Source: Octopus vulgaris
Lineage: Eukaryota
Length of the DNA: 64,000 nucleotides
Direction of reading: 5' to 3'
NCBI GenBank assembly: GCA_951406725.2
Contig: OX597816.1
Location: forward strand, 34,596,001-34,660,000
Shown here one piece after another: positions 27,243 to 41,326 of the stretch (within the stretch, counting starts at the first letter, position 1; every line of letters starts with the position of its first letter). The translations under genes were made by a program, and so were the position numbers. The notes below the pieces were generated by a model, which saw nothing but the letters and a program-made list of their open reading frames with translations, searched no databases and had not been told where the DNA came from.

Positions 27243-28290
27243 GGTAGTAGTAGTAGTAGTTTCGTGACACATTGTAGGTAAAAATGCACCGGAACTTTTA
27301 GTTATCTGCCAAGTCACAAGTACCTCAGACAGATAATACTTTCCTTAAGATGTGCGCTGTGTCCAATAAGGCTGCATTTTAGAAGACACCAATCTTGCAT
27401 GGGATTTCCAGTTGCCTTAAGAAGTCTTGAATACTTCTTAATGGGATTGAGCCCAATGCTTCGATCACCACTATTATCTCTTTTACATTACGCTCGCGCA
27501 TTCCATTTCCACTTATCATTTCCACCTTTAATTCTGAGTACCTGGTGATTTTTTCAACCTTTTTATTCACAACATCCACGTCATTTGGTATGCCTACACC
27601 AATGATCTGACAATTTTTTAACTGTCTTACTCAGTATGACACTATCCAACCGACAGTATTCGATTATACGATCCGGCTGAAAATCACAGACTCAGAGTAC
27701 CGTTACTTTTACATCCTCCTGCATAACTTCACTTGATACATTCTCATACTACTTCTCTGTTACTTCATATTGGCATCAGAGTCAATTTGTGGCATAAGAG
27801 CCAATGAAGATACACACGTATTCTCTCCTGGCGGCGCTTCTATTCTTTTTGTAACAGGCTCTCACTTACCAACTAGGTCATATTTTCCACACATCTTCCA
27901 AAATCCGCTTTTCTGAGTGTCAGAAGTTTTATACCTCACTGAATTGGTTGCGAGAGCCTGGTCATATGCAGCCATGATCATTCTTTCGGTGGTACGCTTC
28001 AAATCACATTGCCCAAGCCATGCCCACGATGTTGTATTATCCTTAACGTCCTGCGAATTCCTTTCAAACTGTCAATGCATTCTCATTTAAAGACGGTCTT
28101 CAATACTCTTCTCCTCAGCTCTTTGTGTAAATTATTTCTTGCCCGTCAATTCATCTGCATCCACACATACATCCATTATGGTTCTATGAAATCACTACCA
28201 GGTGAATATTGGGGGCAATGCAATAGAATGTGACCCTCCGCTTATATTGTTAGCATTCTGTCAACTTTTGAAATCTTGCTTAATTAGTCG
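27243..28290 (-). mobile_element. Second, distinct R4/Dong-type LINE 3' remnant
   Basis: Peptides: LKRTTERMIMAAYDQALAT, KKVEKITRYSELKVE..VVIEALGSIP and AALLDTAHILRKVLS. Has a (TAC)/(TAA)n tail. Confidence 0.8.
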
Positions 28291-28392
28291 ATGCGTTGCA
28301 ATCATCACACCCATGCCACTCAAGATGACTTTGTACGTATTTGCATGTGTGCATATATGTATACACGCATATATACATATACATACATACCT

Positions 28393-28466
<74 letters not shown>

Positions 28467-28509
28467 TTATAATAAGTGTAGGTCGTATACGAGTGAGTAT
28501 ATATTTATA

Positions 28510-28861
28510 AAAGGAAGTTTAAAAATGTCACTATATAAGATAAATTTTAATTTTCTTAGAAATTTTACATGCTTCGGCTCTTCTTGAAAAAACGAACCTT
28601 ATCAAAAATATATTAAAAGTTAAGTGCAATAAAAAAACTTCATAATTGTTTCGAACACATAAAACAGCTATTATGCTCACTCTCCACAAAAATCCCCCAC
28701 GTGGATTCTGTTGAGACCAGTAAGAAACATATATGAACATTTATATTACACTTGACTTTTTAAAATATTTTTATAAGGTTCGTTTTTTCAAGAAAAACCG
28801 AAACATGTAAAATTTGTAAGAAAATTAAAATTCATCTTATGTAGTGGCGTTTTCAAACTTC

Positions 28862-28866
<5 letters not shown>
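28510..28866. repeat. Imperfect ~140-bp-arm inverted repeat (MITE or Penelope fold-back) between (TA)n tracts
   Basis: ggaagtttaaaaatgtcacta..aaacgaaccttat..tgtttc pairs with gaaaca..ataaggttcgttt..tagtggcgttttcaaacttc, with a spacer of about 70 bp. Confidence 0.75.
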
Positions 28867-28905
<39 letters not shown>

Positions 28906-28909
<4 letters not shown>

Positions 28910-29784
28910 GTTATCGCCATACTAATATGGCATTCTTATAAAAATAAGAAAAAAGCTGTGATTTATGTAAATTTTGTCATGTAAAAATTTAGATTTATGA
29001 TATAATAACAGCTATACACCAAAATATAACCACCATCCGCCACAAAATAGGCGAATGTAATACAGCTATAGGAAAAATCCTAAAGAAAGCTTATTTTTTC
29101 TTATTTTTATAAGAATGCCATATTAGTATGGCGATAACTATTATTTTCCGGGAACGCTGCCGCTGTTCTCTTTTAGAGAGACTTAGTAATTTTAATATTT
29201 CTATATATATATGAACTTACTAATAATGAAAGTATGGTGTGCGTAGTGCATATTTCTATAAGGAATGAAAAAATGCATTGTAACTAAACAACGACTGATA
29301 AAAGACGTTTATTTATACTGAGTTTACAACCGACGGGAGAGAGTTAGAGATCGTTGTCAATTCTTCATCATTTCCAAACCAAATTTGTAATACTCAGTTG
29401 CGCATAATTAATGATAAGACTGAAAATTTCCCATATTTGTGGTGCTTGCTATATGAGCAGAGAATGTCGAGCCTCAAGCAAACAAAACGACACAGAGAAG
29501 GCATATGAAAGTAAAGATAAAATGTAATTTTAGACGATGCACAGCGACGAAATAAATAGGAAATGAGCAAAATACGGCCTTAGAGTCAAAAAGACACGGA
29601 TTGTGAGCAACCCTTACAAAAAATCCTAAAGAACATAGAAAACAGCAAATGAGGCTGTTTACTGTGATTTACGTAAATTTTGTCTTGTAAAAATTTAGAT
29701 TTATGATATAATAACAGCTATACACCGAAATATAACCACCATCCGCCACAAAATAGGCGAATGTAATACAGCTATAGGAAAAAT
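28906..29784 (-). mobile_element. Penelope-like composite with inverted and direct terminal duplications
   Basis: Perfect 49-bp inverted arms at 28906-28954 and 29094-29142. A segment of about 122 bp (28956-29077) is directly repeated at 29662-29784 with 3 mismatches. A decayed hammerhead-like motif lies on the minus strand at ~29300-29375. Confidence 0.6.
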
Positions 29785-29785
29785 G

Positions 29786-30377
29786 TTTAAAATAAACGGA
29801 AAAGAGTCTACAATATTGCTAAGATATTTCAAGAGACTGGTTTCACCGCTGATCGATCTACACGTAACTGCAAAAGAAGTGTGTGGACCCCTCAGCTTAT
29901 TAAATGTACCAAAGAAATGATTAGGCAAAATTCTCGTCGTTCACTCTGAAAAGTAGCTGCCACACCAAAAGTAAGACGAAAATCGACCTGTCGAATGCTA
30001 AAAGAGGATCTCAGGATCCACCACTAAAGGATGATCCGCCGTCATGAGCTCATGCAAGTTCATGAGCCTATGAGACTGGAAAGAAATGATTTCATCTTAC
30101 ATCACATTGCTAAAATAATGTTACCCAAACTGCTATCCTTGGATGAAAAGTAATTTGACATCAAAAAGAGTGTAAACCACCAGAATCACCCTTGTGAACC
30201 ATTAGTACATAGACGTAAGTGTGTGAGTCGAAAGGATGTGGTTTTAGTGAATAAATATGGAAGTGCCATAATTTTGTTTATTTTACCGTTGCATTGTAAC
30301 GCACGGGCCCGAAGTATAAGAACATTTTGCTTTGGCCAAATTGTAAAAAGTTCGTTGCTTTAATTTGAGACACCCTG
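29786..30377 (+). mobile_element. Tc1/mariner superfamily (maT/DD37D-like) transposon relic, internally deleted
   Basis: RKRVYNIAKIFQETG..MIRQNSRRSL*KVA..MLKEDL..LSLDEK*FDIKKSVNHQN. The right end is ..tttgagacaccctg|TA. Confidence 0.75.
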
Positions 30378-30506
30378 TACGTGTGTGAGCATTTGCGCGC
30401 CCACCTGTATGCGTTTGCATGTATATAATTCTAATTTTAATCTGATTCGTGATTATATCTCTATGAATTATCATATTGCGAGCGCATAGTTATATTACGA
30501 GTTTAA

Positions 30507-30725
30507 CCCTTTAGTGTTTAAACCGGTTGTATCCGGAGCGAATATTCTACACATTTTATGCTCAAACTGGCCAGAACCAGTATCTCACACCTACCCTGCA
30601 ATGTCATTCTAAAAATAAGCATTTATATCTTTCCTATCTTTAAACTACAACATAATATCAGATAAATTTTTTAAATGTGAATAAATAAGGATTATTTTTG
30701 CCAAATTAATCTGAACGCTAAAGGG
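30507..30725. mobile_element. piggyBac-type MITE
   Basis: TTAA|CCCTTTAGtGTT ... AACgCTAAAGGG|TTAA: TIRs with a TTAA target duplication. Confidence 0.85.
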
Positions 30726-31305
30726 TTAAAGCTAAATTAACAAGTGATTATTATAAATGAAGACATAGCAGGTTGAAATTACTAATTGCGAATATTTAGT
30801 TTTCCCAATAATTTACGAATTTTGACAAATCACCGCGTTTCTTTAAGAATAAATATTTCTTTGGGAAAATGTGCCATCTCAAGTTCGGCATATAAATTAG
30901 ATGTATTACATACAATATAGAATAACAAAAAACGTTTTGTTAAAAATTAGTTAAAATAAATTACAGATCATTTAAGAAATAGATGTAATTTAATCCCGTT
31001 TTGCTTGCGGCACATCCAAAACATTGACTCACAATAGTGTGTCTACATTAGTTTATATATATTAACATGATTCTTTTTATAGTATTATAACAACAACTTG
31101 ACATTTCTAAATACGTTCAGCAGCGATACAATAAATTACAAATCAGTTCATAAGAGACTGTCGCAGAAAACACCATAAATCAAATTCAAACACATTTATT
31201 AAATTTCCGTATATAATTGTGAATTGCTTTGTTTAATTCGTACTCTATGTTATGAGATTTTCTCTTTTCATTACCACTCATTCCTTTTTGATAATACACT
31301 AACAA

Positions 31306-31648
<343 letters not shown>

Positions 31649-31649
31649 T

Positions 31650-32072
31650 TACTCTTTTTTACTCTTTACTCTTTTACTCTTTTAGTTGTTTCAGTCATTT
31701 GACTGCGGCCATGCTGGAGCACCGCCTTTAGTCGAGCAAATCGACCCCGGGACTTATTCTTTGTAAGCCCAGTACTTATTCTATCGGTCTCTTTTGCCGA
31801 ACCGCTAAGTGACAGGGACGTAAACACACCAGCATCGGTTGTCAAGCAATGCTAGGGGGACAAACACAGACACACAAACACACACACATACATATATATA
31901 TACATATATACGACAGGCTTCTTTCAGTTTCCATCTACCAAATCCACTCACAAGGCATTGGTCGGCCCGGGGCTATAGCAGAAGACAATTGCCCAAGTTG
32001 CCACGCGGTGGGATTGAACCCGGAACCATGTGGTTGGTTAGCAAGCTACTTACCACACAGCCACTCCTGCGC
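31650..32072 (-). mobile_element. tRNA-derived SINE, same family, full length
   Basis: Near-identical to the other copies, and abuts a compound (TA)n of about 340 bp. Confidence 0.9.
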
Positions 32073-32315
32073 TAGAAGTTAAGGTAGAAAATGCTAATAT
32101 AATTTTATAAAGAGTATTTTCAGCATCGGTTTCGGTCAATGAGACTTTGTCAACTGTAAGTATGGGAAACAATTAAATCTGGGAAAAAATTAAATGAAAG
32201 TTTTTAAAAGAATATTTGCATACAATTTTAATAAAAGAGGCATTTTCATTTTTTCTGCCTGCCTGTCTGTCTATCCTTGTTTACACTTGCGGCTTCGAGG
32301 TCGTAGTGAATTTGA

Positions 32316-33262
32316 AGAAGGAGAGAAGAAGAAGAAGAAGAAGAAGAAGAAGAAGAAGGAGGAGAAGAAGGAGGAGGAGGAGGAGGAGAAGATTGAGGAG
32401 GAGGAGAAGAAGAAGAAGAAGAAGGAGGAGGAGGAGAAGAGGGAGGAGGAGGAGGAGAAGAAGAAGAAGAAGAAGGATGAGGATGAGGATGAGGATGAAG
32501 AACAGGAGAAGGAGGAGTAGGAGAATGAGAAGGGGGAGCAGGAAGGAGGAGGAGGAGGAGGAGAAGGAGGAGGAAGGAGGGGGAGGAGGGGGAGAAGGAG
32601 GAGGAGGAGGAGGAGGGGGAGAAGCAGAATAAGGAGGAGGAGAAAGAGAAGGAAGAGGAGAAGGAGGAGGAGGAGGAGGAAGAGAAGGAGGAGGAGAAGG
32701 GGGAGGAGAAGTAGGGGAGAAGGAGGAGGAGAAGGTGGGATGAGGAGGAGGAGAAGCTGGGATGAGGAGGAGGAGAAGGTGGGATGAGGAGGAGGAGAAG
32801 GAGGGAGGAGGAGGAGAAGAGGAGAAGGAGGAGGAGAAGAAGAAGAAGAAGAAGAAGAAGAAGAAGAAGAAGAAGAAGAAGAAGAAGGAGAAGGAGAAGA
32901 CGGAGAAGAAGAGGAAGATAAAATGCGATAGGTCTATGATAGTAGTAGGGTGTTAACTTTTCAAGTGCTCTGAAAGTATCTTGTTATGGATGCTAGTTTT
33001 GATTGAATTATTCAGATAGCACTTTTGAGAGTACTGTTTATACTATTTGCGTAGGTGTTACTCTAAACAATAGTAGTATTAAAGTAAGAAAGGAGGTGGC
33101 GGAGAGAAAGAAGAAGACGACGACGACGAAGAAGAAGAAGAAGATGATGATGATGATGATGATGAAGAAGAAGAAGAAGAAGAAGAAGAAGAAGAAGAAG
33201 AAGAAGAAGAAGAAGAAGAAGAAGAAGAAGAAGAAGAAGAAGAAGAAGAAGAAGAAGAAAAG
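32316..33262 (+). repeat. Long polypurine (GAA/GGA)n tracts
   Basis: About 600 bp of almost pure purine (32316-32918), plus (GAA)n/(GAT)n at 33108-33260. Confidence 0.95.
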
Positions 33263-34162
33263 AATTGGTGATGGCATGATGAGTGTAAGAATTAAATAGT
33301 CAAGTGACCTATAAGTGCCTAGTTGTTGATTATAGCAGTGATTGGGGCTGTTTTGAAACAATTCTTGAGTATCTCTTTTGAACGTACCATTTTTTATATA
33401 TGCGTATGTAAACAAAATAAATAATGTCAATTGTGTCGTTGCAATAAAAGTTTTGTTTGCGTATTTGGGTAATATATTGAAGCTTCTAAGTTTTCTTGAG
33501 ACGTTCATTTGTCTATCCAGTCGGGGAATACACTAGGACTTTTGCAATGAAAAAAGATGTTTACATTTTCGAATACCCAGGGAGAGTCGAAAATAAAAGA
33601 AAATAAGTTGTAGATAGTAAAGTTTTAAGATTAACTACATATGCGCTATTTTACTTTTGTATCACCACACAAAGAGGAATGGTAGTGCTCTTAGAATAAA
33701 AAGGAGGCGAATGTTTACATTTTCGAATACTCAGAGAGTATTCACACGTTAGTCGTAGATATTAAATGATTTTTTTTTCTTTTTAAGCTGATCGTCAGTG
33801 TGTTCGAAAGTTGTAGGTGTGTAAGTTTCCCAACTTATTTTATTTTGAAGGAGATTTAAAATATTGACAGGAAATTGTAGATATTCCAATTCCAGTTTCT
33901 TGGGAATAGTATGGAGAAGAGATGTTTTCCTGTTGGATTTTTGAATTTCTGAATTCCTTCTTTTTCTTTTGGAATTATTTTTCTTAAAAGTGTTGCTGTA
34001 GTTTACAGTTTTAGTGCAGTATGTATAAATTGGCAGGTGCTTCCTTTAATTTTCATCGTGCATTTAATAGTGCTGTTACAATAAAAGGCATGTTTACATA
34101 TTGTTAGTTTGGGAAGAAGGAAAGACAAAATGTCCATGCAAAATTGATATTAAAGTTGCTGA

Positions 34163-34220
<58 letters not shown>

Positions 34221-35070
34221 ATAGGTGTTTCTATTCAAGTAGAATTCATCTATCTTATTGTTTATAGAAGATATAATAGTTGGAAATTTATGGGTAAAAT
34301 TATATCAAAGGTTAATATTTATGTTATTCATTATTTCATATTTGTTGCTATTATTAAAATGTTTATTAATAACCGTAAAAATATATTTTATTAAATTAAT
34401 TTTAATTTGCATGACAAGAGAGATTATCAGCAACATTTTATTATGAACTGCATCTGTGTTATTATTAATTATAGGTGTATTATTAACTATTATATATTCA
34501 TTATATTTATTATGTTTATAATTGTTTCTATTATGTAGTGTGGTGGCTGTTATCTTCTTTTTATTATAATCATTACACTTCATACTTTTAGTATTAGTTA
34601 TATTTAAGCTTTTGCAATTGTCATTATTATTATGATTGGTATTATTATGTCAAATTTTATTATTTGTTTTGTGTGTATATATGTTTTTATTACGGCTTGT
34701 AATTATATTAGTTGTGGCATTTCCATTTTTTTAAATATTATTATTGTTGTTCTTATTGGGATTGTGTAAATACTTAGATATTATATTTGAATTATATTTA
34801 CTTGCGCTTTTTAATTCTATTCATACTATTTGGTATATAATATTTTATTCTATTTTTATAACCAGCATTACGTAAAGCTATATTATATTTAGTCATATTT
34901 TTATTAAATAAATCCGCATTAGAAGATAAGATATTTTACTAATATCATAAATATCTGCCTTCTTAATTGATCCCGGATGATTACTCTGGGAGTATGTGTA
35001 TTTAAAGTTGGAGTCACACACTCACACACACATACACACACACACACACACACAAATACACACACACACA

Positions 35071-35272
35071 CACGCACGCACGAGGGGATGCCGAAAATGT
35101 TCTTGCTGCTCGGGTGTCGCGAAAGTTTCGTTTGGAGGCCCGAATACGTTTACAGGGTTTAGGAAACTCGAAGGACCGCTGCAATAATTGCATGCATCTG
35201 AGAGGGGAATATCTTTAATAAAATAATAATTAACTGATCCTCTCGTATTTTCTTTTGCCTAAAGCCAGGAAC
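35071..35272 (+). mobile_element. Short mariner-derived non-autonomous element
   Basis: Left end cgaggggatgccgaaaatgttcttgct and partial right TIR agccaggaact. The interior resembles a mariner transposase 3' end. Confidence 0.55.
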
Positions 35273-36494
35273 TGTATATATATATATCAATGTACTTTAT
35301 CGAGTTCGATCATAATTTACACTGATACATTGGAATAGACATACGTTCATGTACCTTAGCTCTGTGGGGTATACAATTTCAAATGAAGTAACAAATTACA
35401 ATAAATAAATTCGTATTAGAGGATTAGAGTTATTTCACTTTCTCATATACTTGTCTTTATATAAGTGAGCGAGTTTATATGTTTGTCTGTGTGTATGTGA
35501 GTGTTTGTATGTGTCAATGTAGTCTCCATTCACTGCCTCGTGTGTATTTATGATGTTTGCATATGAAAGCGAATAGTTATCTGCAAACTTATATAACCAA
35601 CAGTAGCGTGTCAATCAGCCACAAAAGAAAATAATTCTGCCAGCCAGTATTATGCTATATTCCCACTCATCCGGAAAAGTAGTACGCGAGAAAACTAAAT
35701 ACAAATTGCTTGTAGAAGACAAGATTGTGGTTGTTTGAATCTTTACTGTCAGTGATCAGCATTTCTTTAGACGACTAATTCTGGCGGCATTGAATTTGTT
35801 CTTATACGCGTTTGACTCGGCTAATGTTTTGTAGTCAAATACATTTATTTTGATTTCCAGAGTGTTTTGTTCGCTATGTTAGATATTGCTCTTGACACTT
35901 TATATAAGAAGATACTTTGAAGAACCACTCTTGCAAGCTCTTATCTCACTCACGTTGCTGACCTTAGATATCATATTACACCTTTTCATAAACTATATTC
36001 TTAACCTAATCCCACAACCTAATGCCCACAAGGGCCGACGTTGCTGGTCATTCTCCTATTTCATAGTTAAACAGACTATAGCCACATCCCTGCAGTATAT
36101 TTGGGATATGTTTTGTTTGTAATATTGCGTTTAACCAGTTGATTACGGTTTCTTCGTAACGGTGTAATGTTCTCATTTTTCTACTAAAACATACATAAGA
36201 AACAATTTTAATGTCGGACATTTATCCATCGTCCGCTATTAGTTATTAGTTATAATACACCAAGAGGATTTACGACTTGTCGAACACTCTAAACTATAAC
36301 AGCAATGTACAGTTCAACGGAACGCATGCTTTGGGTCAATCCCTAGGCGATAAATACTCATAGGCGTGGTTTTCTGCGTATAGAAAAGCGGTTACTTACC
36401 GACCTTGGGCCGGAATCGATATTACCTGGTGTATATCTTTTCAAGTAACTGATTATATCTGAATCCTTGATTTACTATGTACGTATATATATGG

Positions 36495-36547
<53 letters not shown>

Positions 36548-36786
36548 CTTAAGATAATAAGGGCTAAAGAAAATTCCAGTGTCAAATATGCCGAAAATAG
36601 ACAAAATTTTCAATAACCATTATAGTTGATGCGTCTCGAACACAGCCGAAAGAAATTTCTAAAAAATCCCGTTATTACCGTATTGGTCTCAATTCCACTT
36701 AATTCATAAGAATTTTCCCCTCCTCAGTTATAAATACGTAAGACATAAATGAAATACTTACTCATACTCATAGAGTATGAGTAAGA

Positions 36787-36827
<41 letters not shown>

Positions 36828-37199
36828 TGCATCTGTGCACACGTGTTTGTATATATGTGGATGTGCTTGTTTACAGATATGTACACATACATACATACAT
36901 GCATACATACATACATACATACATACATACATACATGCATACATACATACACATATGTTAATATACTTAATCATGTGTTTAGCTTTATCGAGCTGTTATG
37001 TAGTGTATAACTAGTTTGAATTATTTAGCAAGTGTATGTTGTATGCTAAATACTTAATAGTTAGATTGTACATAGAATGTAATTATATGTAAAATTTTAG
37101 GCCATTTACGTTATTATCTATTTTCTTGTGCTCATTTGTTTTTAAGGTGAAACAATCTCTTGTAGAGAAACAAGTCTACGAGCTCGCGGAAACGTTCAT

Positions 37200-38400
37200 A
37201 ACTTGACCAAAATATTCTCAGAGAATATAGCCAAATGAAGTTTATTTTTCAGCATATTTCCATTGTGGTCCAAGCACTTTTCCTATCGGTTTTATAGACC
37301 TTGAATCCCATTAGTAAAGAAGCTTTAATCATGTTCATCAAAAAAGTTATCAACAGCAGATATGATGTCATCATCACTGCGAAATTAGTACCTGGTCAAT
37401 TGCTATTTCTCGTCGGGGATCATATGATAGTCAGATGCTGTTAATTCAGGAGATTGGGAGGGTGACCATCCAGTTCAAAGCCGCAGTAATAAACAGCAGC
37501 CATTGAAATTAAGGGCTTTTATGCTGGAGCATTGTCATAATGAAACAAGATCCCTTACATCAGTTTTCGTGGGAGATTTTCTTCATAGCCTTTCGTAACA
37601 GATTCAGCATCTCGACATAGCACATTTTCATTGATTAAGTGACTTCTTTGAAGATACTCAATAAGCACAATACTTCCTGCATCCCAAATCACTGAGGCCA
37701 TCCACACTTTTCTACGCATGAAACAAACTACGTCTTATTTGGAGCAGGTGAGAAAAGGTGTTTCAACTACATGTGTTGTTAATTTTTCTCTGGCTCAAAG
37801 TGATCAAGCCAGCACTCATTGTTGATTAGAAAACTTTTTTTAAGCCGGATATGCTTGAAAGAATGTTAGAGTCACATGTGATGTGACCAGTCTGGTCTGC
37901 ATTTGAGCAGGCGTCAGACGACGGTGAAACCCCCGACCGTAAACCTTCGCCATGTCAATTTCATTATGCAAGATATGCTATTAGAATTGACTATATCATT
38001 TATAGTCAATAGCATCATCCATGCCCATGTGGGGAACGCGATCAATGCTTTTCTTGATGGTGACAGTTGCAGGACGTCCAGGCCTCCGATCATCTACAAA
38101 ACTCTCACTTCCCTTCTTAAATTCATCTACCCACTCTGCACTCTCGATAATGCTGGAACTTCATCTAATGTAGCGAGCATATCAGTAGGAAAGTTCTTGG
38201 GGCCTACACCCTGTTTTCAGTAGGTACTTTATAACACGCCAATATCTGTCCATTTCCAAGAGAATTCGCTGCTATTTACATTTGAAGTCCTCTTCCAACA
38301 ATCAGTTTTTAGTTTACATTGAAGAAAATAAGGCAGTTCTTAATAAGAAGGGCCGGAATTAATGTATGCAAGGTTTCACAGCTGTAGTAACACGCCTTCA
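37200..38400 (-). mobile_element. Decayed mariner (DD34D) element
   Basis: ATG at 38253. Peptides: WVDEFKKGSESFVDDRRPGRP, ILFHYDNAPA, CGFEL..HP/SPELTASDYH, FRSDDDIISAVDNFF and EKCLDHNG. Confidence 0.85.
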
Positions 38401-38814
38401 TAATCAGCCCATCCTCTTAAGTTGTATAGTGCCGATAATTTCAGCTAAGACGCTTCTCTTAAATTGTCTACTCTTAAACGAAACCAAAACATTGATTACT
38501 TTGAGGATTAGTTATATTGAATATTCTTTCAGTATTTTGTTTCTCTCAACCTTATTTTCTTCATAAAATCCTGGTATTTCAAGATTATATTTGAAGAGTG
38601 GTGTTACTAACACTTCAATTCCTTCTTATGTGATCATAGGAAAAAACAAATTATGTATATAATATAGTATCTGAATATGAAAATAAAAGTAATTGAAGTA
38701 TTTACATCGCTTATATTTTTCGTAAATGTAACATATGAAGGTATTTCATTTTATAGGATATAAAACTTCATGTTTTCGCAATATATTTTTAGTCTGTTTA
38801 GTAACATGCCTTAC

Positions 38815-38916
38815 TCAATACACAGATTTCAATCTCATATTTGAAAGCATCTTTTCCCCATCAATATCTGTGATGTCTTTAATAACGTAATATTGTTCTT
38901 TAGAGTTCAGATATAT
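38815..38916 (-). pseudogene. Exon remnant (102 bp) of the RNF213-like locus
   Basis: Acceptor ttttttttattacag and donor ga|gtaagg. Reads DISEL* then, after a frameshift, KEQYYVIKDITDIDGEKMLSNMRLKSVY. Confidence 0.5.
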
Positions 38917-39719
38917 CTGTAATAAAAAAAAAGGGAGAAAAAGATTGCAACGTTGAATTATTCTCCGGTTAGCAACTTCCTCAAAACAAAACCAAAAAAA
39001 TACTTTCTTATGGTTTGTCTTTTCATACATTTTTTTTAGAGATATTTTGCTTGTTATTCAGCTAGAATTAATGCCTAATTGGAATTTGACAGTGATGCAG
39101 CAAGACAAAGCAGACATTCCACATACATACAGAGATAAAGAAACATCAACACGCTGAAAGCATTACATAAAACGACATCACTCATAATCTGTTACACTTG
39201 ATTACAATTCAGAAATGATATGTTAGCCACCGATATAGCAATCAATATTTGCTTGAATGAATCAGCTATAGTTTTGATAGATTTTTCCTCTGAGCCAAAA
39301 TATTATTTGAATAAAGTTAACATAGATATTCTCTTTCCACATCAATTGACCAGAATAGCCGCTTTAGATAAAATTATGTTTATCCTTTCGTAAGCAATCT
39401 ATTAATCAAATTATTCATCTCATGTTAAAATATTGCTTTATTCTCATAGATTCCACGAACTTTGCCTCCTCCCAAACGATTTGATTCGTTCTTTGTTTCT
39501 TCGCTTTGATCTTCATTGTGAAACGACGTCTTCCTCCTCTGTCTGATATAGCATTGATGTGGAAGCTATTATTGCATCAGCTAACTAAAAGAAAATAAAA
39601 CGAATACGACGTAAGGAAAAGTTTGAAAACAGGATTAAATCTAATGGATTAAGATATGCTATTAATACACCTATCTATATAAATACGCTTACTTATTAAG
39701 GTATACACATACATGCACG

Positions 39720-39846
<127 letters not shown>

Positions 39847-41326
39847 ATATACAGAGAGAGAGCTGGAGAGAGAGAGAGAAACAGGCAGATACAAACTAGA
39901 AAACCATATATGCACACCTATGTATGTATATATATATGTATATATATATATATATATATATCATGTACCTATATGTGTGTGCACGCGCACACATGCTGCG
40001 TGATGACTGTTCAAAACTTTTTTTCAAACTCGCTTGTAGAACATTACATACATAACCGAGTATTGCAAACATGGAATAGTAATGCGATATCATTAACACT
40101 TTTTTGTAATTACACATAGACATGTGTGTGACTGAGACTACTCGCTGATGTACTGCTATATGCGTATATTTCTGCATGCTTATGTAATTATGTGTGAAAG
40201 TTTGCTTACACATTTTCCGTCTGCGCGCTTATTATTGTATTTTAAGGTGAAAGTATTCCTTCTAGATTATTTAGCATCCCTTAAAGAGAAACACCAATAT
40301 GTATCTCCACGAAGTTTTCGGTCAGGTCCCTAGCAATAAGTACTGGTGATCCATGTTCAAAAGTGTTTGTTAATATCACAAAATGCAATCCCAGAAATGC
40401 AAAATGTTTGTTACTGAGATAACACGAGAAAAGAAAATTAGAAATAGTTTCGAATAAGAAAAATATTAACACATTTCTCAGCATCACCAGGAAATTTGAG
40501 GATGGAGATATGTATGTTACCTAAACCGCAATGCTTAAGTGCTATTTATTTTATCGATCATAAATGGATGAAAAGGAAAGTGAAGCTCAGTGCGATTTGA
40601 ACATAGCAAGTTTTTGAGAAGAAATGCAGTTAAAAATATTGTCAAGGGTGTTAACTATTTTACAAACACGCTAATTTTATCAAACGTAAAAACATATGGT
40701 TCAAATTTTGGTAGATGGCCGGTAATTGTAGTGGAACGGCTTAAATCTATTACATCAACCTCATTACAAAAAATGTTACTTATCTTACCGGCTCTAAAAT
40801 GATGAAAGATAAGTCGGAACCTGAACTCAGAACGTAAATCTTCAATAAATGACGTGCACCATTTTGTCAGGCATGCTAACTATTCTGCCAGCTATTCAGG
40901 CATATGACCTGACAAGATTGTCGGTTGGGATTCCAATTAATTACAATATCCCTAATGCTAAACTGGTAATTATTTTAATCGATTCCAGAAGGAAGAAAGG
41001 CATAGTTACAATCAGTGGTATTTGAATTTATGTTGTAAACAACCGGAAGAAATGACATTAAGCATTTTTTTCTTGTGAGGTGATGCAAGCGCTTTTCTGG
41101 TGCTCTGCAGGTATTTTTCTGGTGCTTCTTCAGACCACCGCTACATTAATCATGCTAATAATTCTTACAAATTTTGGCCCAAGGCCAGTAATTTTCTGCG
41201 GAGCGCTAACAGATTACATTGAAATCAGTAAATGATTCGTAGATCTTTTATGCACCAGCAAATAATGCAAAGCATAGTCGGCGGCGCTTGAATTTGAACT
41301 TAGAAAGTAAGTTCGGAAGAAATGCC

